Below are positions 25,225 to 37,559 of a stretch of DNA of 64,000 nt, in pieces. How positions within the stretch are numbered: position 1 is the first letter of the stretch; every line of letters begins with the position of its first letter. A model generated the notes under the pieces. That model did not search any database. It had not been told where the DNA came from and saw only the letters and a list, made by a program, of their open reading frames with translations. The DNA is taken from positions 1 through 64,000 of the forward strand of contig RDEW01000072.1 in NCBI GenBank assembly GCA_011109175.1, written 5' to 3'. This DNA comes from Dicyema japonicum. Taxonomy: Eukaryota; Animalia; Dicyemida. The position numbers and the translations under genes were made by a program.

Positions 25225-26457
25225 AATAAGTGTTCTTTTAACAGTTTAATATAAAATTAAATTTTTGTCATATTGTCACTACAACAAATTTTTGATCTCC
25301 TTGACCAACTCAGCAGGTGAAGATTATCACTGAGAAACCATGATGTCCGCGAGACCCAATGGCTCATCTAGTTTATCCTTATAGATATTGTGATGGACAA
25401 CACCGCGTCAATTATGATAAACATGGGAAACATTAAGACATTTATTAAAATCAACTCATTAAATGTTCTTTTAAAGAAAGGGCAGAATAATAAAAAATCG
25501 TCACTCTCATGAGTTCTCTAGTACAGTTGTTTGTATCTATGAGTAGATATTTTTATTTACTTCCAACAGTCTCAGGTATGTGAATTCATTGAAGATAAAA
25601 TCCAATTTAATAATATAAGGAATAATATATATTTTCCATATGTCAATCATCCTCAGTTTGAGAAAAAAGAGTACATCCACTTCTTATCTACTTCCATTAT
25701 TTGCAAGCACTCTTGGTGAGTAAAGTTCTATGATAGATATGTCTAACGACAATTCACAAGCAGAATTTTTAGTTTATTATGATGTACAACAATTGAGGTT
25801 TTTATTACTATGTTACTGTCACATATTTGCATTCTCATTAACAGACTGCATTTTACGAATCCACAGCTTTTTTGAATGTGATATCCCCTACTTGACGAAC
25901 AAAAGTAAATGAATAAATCTCACAACCTCCAACACAATCGTGATTGAGCATACTGCACTACTTTGTTGTTAACATTTCATTTTTTGGTTACAGCACGGAC
26001 ACCGCTTTGTATGTCCACATAAAAGTAGTTGTCTTGTAATGTTTCCATAATGAGGACACATCCACTTGAGGGCTATTAAAACACCAGATGGACGACTATG
26101 ATGGTATACTACACCAGCATAACTTTGTAGTTTGACGGAATGTTTAGAGCATAACGAATTCCCTCGTGAAGGAATCTCTTGAATATATATTATAATGTGT
26201 TAATGAGCATTAGTCCAATAGAGGGTCACTGCTTATAATCTATTAATTAATACTACAAGGAAGAGAATTAAAAATATCAAGGTCATAATTAAGGTCAATC
26301 AAAATAAAACTCAAATATTGTAATATAACTTATATTTTCCACCCACATTACTGTAAACCAGCCATTAGACCACGTGGTTGTTAAATCTAGTAAGAATGAG
26401 TAAATGAGCTATAAAACTCTTTGAATAACGAAATAATAATTGTTAGTAAAATATAAT

Positions 26458-27697
26458 CTACGGTTCTTCATTTGTGGATGTACTTTCTAGTAGAATGATA
26501 GTAGATGGAACAACTTCACTGTTGGTAGTAACAGGACACGTGGGTGTCATATCAACGGACACATTGGAAGTCAGACGATTGTTTGGTTCTAACACATCTT
26601 GTTTGCAAAGGGGACACAGTCTGTGGACTTTGATAAGCCAAGGATCAATGCATTTAACATGATATACTACCATTAAGAAATTAATTACTGTGTCTGCAGG
26701 GTAGTTCACGAACCTTAGTCCTTTCTGTAAACTCCTCCAAGCAGATAGCACAGCTGTCAAAATACTGATCTTCAACTAAAAACATTAAAGCAAATTAGCA
26801 AGGAAATGACTACTTCAAAGAGAAATAAAAATGACTAATTCAAAGAAATAAGAAAGAAAATGACTAAAACAATGGAAAAATGAAAAGAGCGGGAAATAAA
26901 GTAATTCTAATACTATAAAAATAAAAGGATAGGGAAAAATTATAAATACCTTTCATGTATAATATAACAGGCAGTTTCTTAATCTGTCTGGCGGGAAGTT
27001 TCGCCTTCCATTGTTCGTAGTAATAACGAATAAGCTTGGTGATCTAAAAGATTACACCACAACCCACCAGAAACGCTATAAAGACTAATATGCAAACGGC
27101 AACCACACAGGCGAACACAAATATATAATACTCAAACTGTGACCTTCCCTCTGGATCGGACATAACCCAATATCTAAAATCATAAATAAGAAAATATTTT
27201 AATAAATCAATAAGACAGACAAATTCGCGCTTAAACTATGCCAGACTAACTTAGTGCTGTTACTGTACATAAGTAGGTCCTTATAACCATAGTGTCCAAC
27301 CAAAAAAGACTGAATTTTCACCATGAAAGCATAGGGACTGTTAGAATGCATTTCAAATAGGTCCATGGAGTTGGGATCATAAATGATAGCCCCAACAAAC
27401 CCAGCCAACTGTGCGTTCAAGACCTACACGTAGGTTAGGTATAACCTTATCCAGAAAATCACAGTGGCCCCGTTCAATCAAGGAGATGGAATGATCGTTC
27501 AACTTATTGTAAGGGATTTTTGCACAAAAGTAGACGTCGGAAGGTATCACTAGTGATCCAACAACCTGAGTATAAGATGGACCGAAGGAAGCTGGTTGGG
27601 ACTTCACAATACTAAGAATAGTCCTATTCTCGTCGAAAATTGACAGATCACATATGCTGGTTGTTAAACACAGCAAAATTAGCAGATATAAACTCAT
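26458..27697 (-). CDS. PA-TM-RING-H2 E3 ubiquitin ligase (RNF13/RNF167 family), 306 aa, 6 exons
   Basis: Exons 27697-27446, 27423-27251, 27173-27068, 27043-26950, 26775-26689, 26666-26458. Introns are 22, 77, 24, 174 and 22 nt; spliced length 921 nt is in frame. Contains a signal peptide, PA domain (LIERGHCDFLDKVLNAQLAG), TM segment YIFVFACVVAVCILVFIAFL and RING CAICLEEF...LPCRHIYHVKCIDPWL...CPLCK. Confidence 0.93.
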
Positions 27698-28139
27698 AGC
27701 GGAAAACACACAATTAGGCCAATTTATTGAATCAAATTTTAATTATTTTTTTAAATTTAAAATCATTATTTTTAATATTCATTAAATAATTTAACTAAAT
27801 TTATTAATATTATCAATTATTTAATAAAATGTGAATTTGTCGGGAATTTAACTATAATAATTAAAATAGGTTACAGTCGGTTGTATGTTAATAGTATAAC
27901 TGTGGACTTGTGTAATATAATAATTGAAAATTAAGTTTCTAAAATTATAAATAATCGTGGTCACAATAATTTCATATTTCCTATTGAAATAATAACCACA
28001 ATACTGTAATTTGATATTTGAGGTTTTCATGTGGGTCATCTACTCTTGGAGACACTGCCTACAGTGGTAACTGACGACCCCCTTCTCTCCTTGGTATGCG
28101 ATTATTTTTTAGTTTTCTTAGTAGTGGCTACAGAGCAAA

Positions 28140-29150
28140 TGCAAGCTTACGTGCCCAGTTCTTTCTATTGATCCTCTGCAGAGATGTTGCGTAAAACCCT
28201 GGACCCACTGTTCGAAGGCTGAATGTCCTCCAAATAAGCATTAATGGGATTTCCAAGAAATGCAATATGAAGTACTTTCTATACAATTTTCTATGGACAT
28301 TGCACTCATCCAAGAGTCCAAGTTAACTCCAAAGTCTAATTGCCCTTGTTTTAATAACGATTCCATTATCTCCTCTGACCGTCTCTTTTCTGCAGCTGGG
28401 GGTGGACTTGTTATTCTTGTTAATGGGTCTATTCATTTTCCAATCATACGATTCCAATATGGAAGTTGTGTCTATCAAAGTAAATATCAATAATACCAGT
28501 TTCACATGTCAATTTACAAATCCACAGATTTCTTCGTGTCTTCCTAACTATACGTCGAAATTCCACTTTTTATATTGAGAACTGTATCTTAGTGGTGATT
28601 TTAATGATCATCCTGTCTGACTATTTTCTAGCAAACCTGATAAGCGTGGAGTGCAAATTATGTTTGATTTGGAGGATTAGATATTCTAAATGACCCTGTT
28701 CTACATACTCGTTGTGATTTACGTTCAGATCATTCTAATACTTCCCTCGATATCACACCCTGTTCTCAAAATATCGCCATCGATGCTCAATGTTATGTCC
28801 TTTATGACCTCCCGACATTATTAATCTTATTAAAGAACATAAAGAACACAGGAGAATCAAATGGATGAACACTGGCAAAGGAGAATCGAATATCTTTCTG
28901 AAATCAATAAGCGTATTGACATAATCTTAAAATACAATATCAACGAATGAAATGAAATTACTTCTACTCTAAATATTTATACTGGATCACATGTCTTTGG
29001 AGAACCTCAAGAAGATACACTCTATACAGATACCCGTTCGATCCTATTCTCTTTTTGAATGAGGCCCAATTGATGACTTTTATGTCTTCTCCCAATCGAG
29101 AGCGCCTTCCTTGTGTTCATTTAAACTCTGATCATAACTACACGAGGGCT
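28140..29150 (+). mobile_element. Degenerate LINE 5' part (2A-like motif plus APE endonuclease)
   Basis: LLILCRDVA*NPGP...LQISINGI, DIALIQESKL, GGGLVILV and GDFNDH motifs. Confidence 0.75.
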
Positions 29151-29212
29151 TAGATCTTTAATGCATACTAAATCAATTGAATCAATTTGCTTAAAATTGT
29201 AAAATATAAGTA

Positions 29213-32200
29213 CAGTAAAGTATCTCGAATTCGCCAATTATAACTAATAAATTCTCTAATCCGCCATTTTTTCTAACAAAATTTTTCGAATTTGCCAGAT
29301 TTTTTAATGAATCCACCATGTCTCTTAATTTAAAATAATTTTTTAAATAATTTTATAGGTAAATAAAAACCCTGAAGAGATTGATGACTTTTACACCAGT
29401 CTTTCTACCATCTTCTCCAAGTATGCTCTCTCAACATTAGTAATGATCGCAGGAGACCTAAATGCGAAAAATGGCAAGTTACGACCAATGAGACATTCAT
29501 GGGAAGGCACGGTAGGGGGAAAAGAATTCTCCTGGGAACCGTACTAGCTAACTTCTGTCAAACGAAGAACTTATTTGTGTACAATACAGCCTTCATGCAT
29601 CCAGCCAGACATAAATCAACGTGGTCGGGATATAGGGATTATACTTGATGCACGAGCTTATGATGGATCGATTATCGACCACAAAAAGGTTATTTCTAGA
29701 CTTTCTCTAAAGAGATTTATGATACTACAAAGATCGAAATTGGAAACACATTGGAACCACAGAGCCCAACTCTAGACGTTATAATTTGGAATCCTTAATC
29801 AGTCAAAAGGGGCCTAGATTTCAAAGAATATCTGGATACAGAACTAAAAAACATGCCTACAGATTTACCGCCCGGAAAATGATGGGATTTTGTAAAGAAG
29901 TCAATACACAAAGGAGCCAGCCTGCATCTATTGAAAGAACATGAAAAAATCCCATCGCACAATGACATGTACACGATGAAGGACCTTTCTAACAAAACCA
30001 TTTGGATGCTCTATCAAAATGCTGACGATTCGAACGTAAAATCAAAATTGGGGCTAGAAAAAAAGACTATCAAAGCAAAAATAATAAAAACTATACGTCA
30101 GCATAACAGAAATAGAACACTGGACCAGATTAAGAAGATAGAATCTCTCAAGGACAACGCTAAATTCTACGAGGCTGTTAAAAAGATAAAAGGAAAGAGA
30201 CTCCGTCAACCGATAATGATAAGAGATGACAAAGGAAAGCAGATTGTGGACCAAAAAGAAGTTGCGGTAATTATCGCTGCCCACTTTGGAAAGCTTTTCA
30301 ATCCAAGGAACGACAGTGTCTATAGTGTCTATCATTTTAGAACGAAGAAAATTGGACCAAGAAATCATACCATATGAAGTTGAACTTGCAAGTTCCAGAT
30401 TGAAAAACAACAGGATTCCTGTCCCCGACGGACTTGGTGGTGAATTCTTTAAATATGAAACCCAAAAACTTTATGAATGCATCGCTAGGATCCTGAATGA
30501 AATGTACTATTATGGTCACACGCTTACCCTGGGAGAAAGAATCTTGATAGCTGTACAAAAGAATAAACCTAAGAGTTAAGGTGGAGAACCTCCGTCCAGT
30601 CATATTAATAAATTCGGAAAATTCTGGTGAACATAACATTACAAATGGAAGGATGCCTAGATACTTTTCTGTCGCTATACCACAGCGGATTCCGAAAAGG
30701 AAGATCTACTTTTTATGGTCATACAAGTGGAGATCTGCGGCCGTTCGAAAGTTCAAAATGTCTACAACTATCCTCGGAATCGACATTTTGAGGGCCTTCG
30801 ACTCCGTCGACAGACGGATGCTAATACTGGTTCTGGGGAGTTTTCTAGACGCTTCTACTGTCAGAATGGCCACCACCCTCCTAGCTGATACTTGGTTCAC
30901 TGTAAAAGTCGGGAGAGCCTTGTCTCGCCGATTTGAGACGACTGTTGGCACTCCACAAGGAGATCCATTATCACCAATTTTTTTGGCATATACCTTGAAG
31001 CTGCTCTACGGGAGTCAAAACCGATAATGGGTGAAAAGACAAACATTATTGCGTATGCTTATGACGTAGACTTTATTTCAAATGACAAAATATCGCTCAC
31101 CCGCTTGTTGGAAGAAGTCCCTGGAAGACTAGCTGAATGGTACCTAACAGTAACTCCTGACAAGACTGAGGTAACTGAACTCAAGAGGGAAGAAACAAGG
31201 ACAGAGGAGTATTGGCGCAAGTGCAAAAAGCTTGGCTCCCTCCTTGGAGACCATGAAGACATTACAAGAAGGAAAACTTTAGCACAAACTGCTCTCTCTA
31301 GACTGAAACACACCTGGCTCCACAAAAAGGGTCTTGACATTATAACAAAAACTCGATTATACAACTCGTTAATGAAACCCATATTACTGTATAACGCTGG
31401 TACCTGGGCCTGCTCAAGAAATGAACTGAAGAGACTTAATGTGTTTCATAGAGACCAACTACGGCATATGATGTTCGAAAGAAGTGATACGAGGATGTCA
31501 TCTAATTTTCTTTATAAGAGGACGAAGACCTCAGAAATTTCTAATGAGATTCTAGATACACGAAGGAGGCTTTTCGGCCATATTCTGCGACTGGACCTAG
31601 ATGCCCCCGTGAACGTAAGGCTCCAGTTTTTCTCACTAATTCGTGTAGGGTTTAGAGGTGTCTGGGAAAGCCTTTGCAGAGCCTTACTGGCCATTTTTCG
31701 GAATGTATTGATTTTTCTATGTTCGCGTATGGTAGTTTGGTTTCCCATGCAGCACACCCGTAAGTTAGAGACGGTTGAATAAACTGCACATAGAGCGAGT
31801 CCACATTTGAGGTACACATATTCTTGGAGAAGATAGTTCTTTAATATTCAAATGCTTCACACACGCAAAATGGATTCAAAAACATTGAAAATATAAATTA
31901 TGAAAACTCTGTTATTGAAAATACGAATATATTCTAGACAAAATGAACATAAGTGATCCTTTAGAAAAGATATTTTATATCGAAATTGACTACAATGAAA
32001 ATGAAGAACTTAATTTGAATGATACAAAGAAAATAGAACAAGAAATTGATAGTGAAGAACCCCTTGAAGAAAGTCAGAAAGGTGTAACTATTAGCGAGGC
32101 TTTTTTAGCCTTAAATAAATTATAAGAATTCTATAATCAAGAAGAATTCTTTAATGTCGAAAATCTTGAGTCTATTGAATAGCTTGGATCATCAATGATC

Positions 32201-32357
32201 CGAACTTTAAAAAGAAAAAAATCAATACTTAATATTTTTTATCTTATAAATAATTTTTTTTGATTTACATTATTAATGGATGAAAAAATCAATAAGTCTC
32301 TCGAATCAGCCAGATTTTGCCGATCCCCGAAATTGGCGGATTCGAGAGTCTTTACTG
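29213..32357 (+). mobile_element. pogo/Tigger-like DNA transposon interrupted by an RTE LINE
   Basis: 27-bp TIRs CAGTAAAG..TCTCGAAT.CGCCAATT (3 mismatches) flanked by TA at 29211-29212 and 32358-32359. C-terminal peptide VTISEAFLALNKL at ~32085-32125. Confidence 0.75.
29365..31700 (+). mobile_element. RTE-type LINE (APE plus RT), frameshifted
   Basis: AGDLNAK, DHKKV, LRPVIL, DILRAFDSV, GTPQGDPLSP, AYAYDVD and CKKLGSLLG motifs. Confidence 0.9.
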
Positions 32358-34749
32358 TATTATTGATTATTATACACTTAACCACTACCAACCAAACTAT
32401 TTGGTAGCTGTTTGGTAAACGAGAGAGGTTGGATTGTTCACTACAAATGTAGGCAATTTTCAAATGTAAGCATTTCCCATCAATCAAACTGAAAAAAGAT
32501 TAGTCATAATTACATAACCACGTATGGTAATACTCTTCCATTATTTCCCCAATCTACACAATTGAGATTCTAACACCACTATTCTTTAATTCTTCATTTA
32601 ATCCACCAAGTTAGAAGAGACAAAGGGGTTATATTAGACATTTTCTAATACCTTACTACCAATCAGCTGTTTTTATTGGTTGGAAAATTGGATTGTTCTT
32701 ATATGAAGAATTATAAGTAATTTATTAGTATTGTTTTATCAGAATATTAATGTCTAATAAATCCCCCTATTTTGGAGTTGGTTTTCTGGTTACTCTATAT
32801 TATGCATGTTCACCCCGAAACACTAACAATGACGTCATCATCCTCCACTTGTTCCTGTCATGTGCTAGCTTCTGTAGTCCAGCTGAGCCTTCTCTGTGAA
32901 ACGTCACCTAATCTTGGAACTTATCATCCAGAAGTAGTGGTAGTAATGATGTTATTGATGAAACGGAACCTCGATTCTGTCTGATTGAGTGGGACATTAA
33001 GTTGTCAAAAGGAAACGATATTGCTTGTAATCGACCAGTGGCCTTCTCACAAGATCAGCACGAATAAACAAATTAAAGTTATGTTTTTGTCATGTGTGTG
33101 AAGTACAATAGACCATGAATCTATGGCAAATATATAATCATTGTGGATATTATATTTAAGACTACATTTTATTTACTGAATAAATTATAATAATAACTTA
33201 AAAAAACCATAAAAACCACTAAAACGCCTAATTAGACCAAAAGTGTGTCTACGAACCCTCAAAGAAAACAAGATACTGGAGGGCAGACATCCTTAGATGA
33301 GTGCATCAGATCTGCTTCTTCCGAGGACCGTGGACTTCATCTGTTTTGGTTGGAGGATAGTTCGGCATCTTTTTGCTTGCTCTGGACCAAAAAGATCCGG
33401 TCATGTTTTACTGGGCGTTTTTGACGATTGCCAGTTTTCTACATGTTTTTCGAAACTAAATATTTAATTAGTCTATCCATACATGAGATCCTTGAAATAT
33501 TAAACCTCCACTCCATTTTTTATTTTTTTGAAGGTTTTCTGCAACTGCAAAAACTGGATTTATGTCCATCCTCTGGTTATGTAAATATGTGTGCGATCTT
33601 GGGATGACTTTCTATCCTTGTCTACGATTGGAATACTGGGTACAGTTAATGTTATCCCTTACTCTGTATTATTAGCGACAAACATGTAATCGTGTACTCT
33701 ACAATTATATATTCCGCGCTCGGATGATCCTGTCAACAATCGTTTTCACCTCCCTATAAGACTCTACGGATCACTATGGTCTTCTTTTTCTTAGTGCTCT
33801 CTTTATCGGTCTCAGATCGCCAATACAAACTCCTCGATGTTTTCGGAGGTAATTAACTTAACAAAGTTCTATAATTGAAAATTTAGTAAAATTTGTGGTT
33901 TCTCATTATTGTACAGTCGACTGTGAAATAAAGTAAAAAAGGTTAGTTTTAATAATTTTATGACAGTCTCCATAACGAACAGTTGTGCAGCCTCAGTTCA
34001 GTAGTGGTGCATAATAGTTCCTTGTAGTATTCTCATTAATGTTGTAGTCCCTCAATGTTATTCATGTTTTGTGTAATTAAATCATTATGCTGATTACAAA
34101 ACATAGAAGTACCTTAGCTTACTGTCCTTCAAATATAAGTGGTAGTAAGCCTACATTACATCCGCTAATATTCCTCTCAGCTTGATATGGTGACTTTGCA
34201 CGTGTTAATTAGTTCCCGTTCATTTCTGCAGGTGTAACCATTTCCACAAGTGGGTTTCCTGGTTCTTTGCATAAGCGCAAAAAACCTGGAATTTAAATCT
34301 TATATGTCAAGTGGTAATACTCTAAAGATGAACATACACGATTTATGAAAGTTTTCTGTTCCGATCCCTTTATCCGGGAAAAGACTACACAATGGAGTCG
34401 ATATCTTGCATAAAGTATAGGCACGTGCGATAATTCAGTTACTTCAATAGGGAATTGTGAAAAATACATTATAATAATTCAAATATGTACACGTGGGTAT
34501 TTATACTGTACGTCATCCTATGGATAATTATAAACTTAGCCACGTGGATAATTACGTTGTAGAACTACTTTGTTACAGATTTAGACGTATTTCGATATTA
34601 TACAAACATGTCTGACATGGACACGTGGGTTACAGTGAGATGGATGCATTATTGAGGATACATTAACAACTCATTTGTCTCTTATTTACAAATACAGCAA
34701 TAAAGTCATTTCTTAAAAGCAAAGCCAATAAACAAACTTTACAAATTAA

Positions 34750-35171
34750 CTAAGCACGTGCGTAGTAGAACTGACTGTTGTCCACCAACATTCCCACAAC
34801 CTGGTCATACAGTTTAACATCTCAGTAAACACAATCATTACCAAATTTCTCGACATCTTCTCTGGGGAAAACTACATAATTATCACAGACCACGTGTCTC
34901 TCACTGCTGACTATTCCCCATAACTCAATAATGCCATCCAATGGTTCACTCAGCTGTGTGATCACACTAATATACTGGTTGTTGAAGTAAAACTGTGACG
35001 TCATAGTTGTCGGAGGTTTTCATAACGAATGATCTCTGATTAGCAGCAGTCTACAGTGAACATGTAAGGAATAACTCTAATCACGTTGCCTATTAGACAT
35101 ATCTGTTTGCCTATGAAATTGTCTATCATTGAGCCATTTATTCTGAAACGCGGTTCTGCCACCTCACTCAT
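34750..35171 (-). CDS. RPA3: Replication protein A 14-kDa subunit, 117 aa, 4 exons
   Basis: Exons 35171-35076, 35050-34976, 34953-34842, 34820-34750; introns 25, 22 and 21 nt; 354 nt in frame. Protein MSEVAEPRFRINGSMIDNFIGKQICLIG...EPLDGIIELWGIV...NYVVF...FDVKLYDQVV parallels RPA3 (PRSRINAGML..FIDKPVCFVG...GIVEVVGRV...SYVQF...FDLGLYNEAV). Confidence 0.88.
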
Positions 35172-35639
35172 TTTGAAAATTTGAAATTATAATTTAAAAA
35201 AAAAACAATAAGTAGAATTATAATATAAAATTATCAAAAAAAGATTATCAGTGAAAGTATCTACACTTGATACTCCTGTCTGGCCAAAGCTGCGTGGCAC
35301 CATGTAGTGCTATGTGACTAATTGGCTAAAAGTTTATCTTCTTTCCCTCTAATGGCGTCATTGGATCCACTTTACTAAAGAGACGCCCGATGTCCACTGG
35401 CGTCCCAAAGAATCTAATTATTTATTCCACCGTGAGACAATTTCGTTGTCCGGCTAAGAGTTCTAGAATCGACTTCAGCTCCCCAAACATTCTTCTGAAT
35501 CATTGATCTTGTGTGAAGGTTTTTATGAACTCATCAGGATTAAGGAATTAGTTAGTTTGGTTTCACCCTTGGTCTTTGGAATAATTTTATTTATTTATAT
35601 TGACTCCATTGGTAAAATGTTTGTGCGTTGAGAAGAGCA

Positions 35640-37558
35640 GTGCATGACTCTCCACTCCGCCTTCTCGTCCTCTCCCTCGTCGGTCTGGAATCACTTAGTT
35701 AGTGAGAACTCTTATTTCTTTCTCTTTGACCCAGTGATCCTGGGGTTATAATAATAATCCACTTATGAAGATTGTGAAAACTCTTGCGTCTAAAANTGAA
35801 ATACGACTCAAAAACAAAGAAAATAATTATGGAAAGAAACACCCTTAAGAGAATGACACATCGATCACGAAAGGTCATTAATCGAATCAGGCCACTAAAC
35901 ATTCTGATCACGAAAAGCACGAACAATACCCGAAGGTAGAAACTCATGCGAATCTCTGTTGCCATGAATAATCATCCCTTAATTTCCAACATGTGGAAGA
36001 TGTTGAGGCGTCTTAAGAACCCAGATTACGAAGATAACAAAGAACAATCCAAGCTCAATCTGAATAAATTTATGAAACATTGTATCCGATTCAGTCACAT
36101 TCCTTATAAAAAGATTACACTCAACCGAAAATAAAGAGAAAGCCTTCCAAAATGCCCCTACTGACTTATTTTCTTCCTAAAGATGCATCCAAATAAATAT
36201 TAAATCAGAAAAAAACAAACTCATGTGGATCAGACGGAACTCTTCTTATTCTCCTGAAACACTTGGGCCCAGCATCAATAATTGCATTGACAATCATCTA
36301 CAACACATCGCTAAACATAAATACCCTACCGACTTTATGGAAACTATCAAAAAATTCGTTCAATATTGAAACCGGGAAGACCGAAGAACGATCCCGGCTC
36401 TTACACAACAGTTTCCTTTATATGTGTTTGTCGAGGATCCTGGAGAAACTGGTCCTAAAACATATTCGCTTTTCTCTCCCACAACCTACATTCCAACATG
36501 GCTTCAAGGAAGGATTATCAACAACCTCCTTCCTAACAACATTAATGAAGTTCATAACTGAAAGACACAAGAACAAACCAAAACAGGAAAAATCGGTCAT
36601 ATGTACAATTCAAAAAGCATTCGACTCTGTAAGGAAGATCCTCATACAAAAATTATTTTGACAAAAATTGATGCAACACTAAAGTTATGGATAGCAAATT
36701 TCTTAAGTGGACGCCGAGGGAAAGTGTCCGTCGGAAACAAGAGTTCCAGATCGAGATTATTTTCCCAATGGTGTACCCCAGGGATTTCCTTTGTCACCAA
36801 TCTTCTTTAATTTGTTTTTGAATGATCTCCCGTACCTATGAATAATAATGACATGCTACTTTCCTATGCCGATGACATAGTTGTCGCATCTAGGGACGTA
36901 AATGTCGAACATGCTAAAGAAAGACTACAAGGAATACTAAATAACATATATGGATGGTTGTGCGAAAATCGATTAAATGCATGTTCCGAACAGTCAGCAG
37001 TCACTCTATTTACTTAGAATGGAAAGATGGGACGCAAACAATTGATGTCACGTTAAATGGAGTACCTATACTACAAAAGAAATTACAGAAGATACTGCGA
37101 GTAACTTTTGATACTTTCCTCTGCTTCTCAGCCCATGTGGAATTATCATATCAACCTGTGCAAAAAGATCAATTTTGTAACTGTGGAGGAATTTATCCGC
37201 CAGGTATCGGGACCCTCTACAAGCTGTATGTCTAACCAACAATAGGCTATGCATGTGCTGCATTGGGATCTAACCTGTCGGCAACGAACCTAACAAAAAA
37301 TTCAAGAGATCCTGTCAAGAGCAATAAAATTACTGGAAAAATATACAGAAATTGCCCCAGAGCACTCGAGTCTATCATAGAGGCAACTGGAGGAAATTTC
37401 AGAAGAGGAGGGAGAAAAGACCCCCGTCCGTATAGAAAATGTGTGGGATCACTGTCGGAGCATCGAGAAAAAATGGCCCGATTATTGAGAGATGCCGGGA
37501 TCACCTGAATAATAGTTAGTGGTTACGGTGTTTCTTTGGCTTAAATAATAATAATAAT
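35640..37558 (+). mobile_element. LINE 3' tail (35640-35758) followed by a degenerate Jockey-like LINE RT segment with (TAA)n tail
   Basis: FQHGFKEG, IQKAFDSV, LSYADDI and ILRVTFD motifs; tails at ~35750 and ~37550. Confidence 0.8.
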
Positions 37559-37559
37559 G

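Noticed and set aside
25270-26150. Additional micro-intron gene (e.g. LPLFASTL|DMSNDNSQAEFLVYYDVQQLR)
   Set aside because: One convincing 21-nt GTGAG..TAG intron, but no continuous model or recognisable family could be built. Left unresolved.
30054-31817. Long minus-strand ORFs (30054-30410, 30337-30639, 31059-31382 and others)
   Set aside because: Antisense shadows of the RTE coding strand, with no independent motifs.
32480-32620. SDR-like peptide GLNEELKNSGVRISIV on the minus strand
   Set aside because: Short, interrupted by a stop and lacking other SDR motifs.
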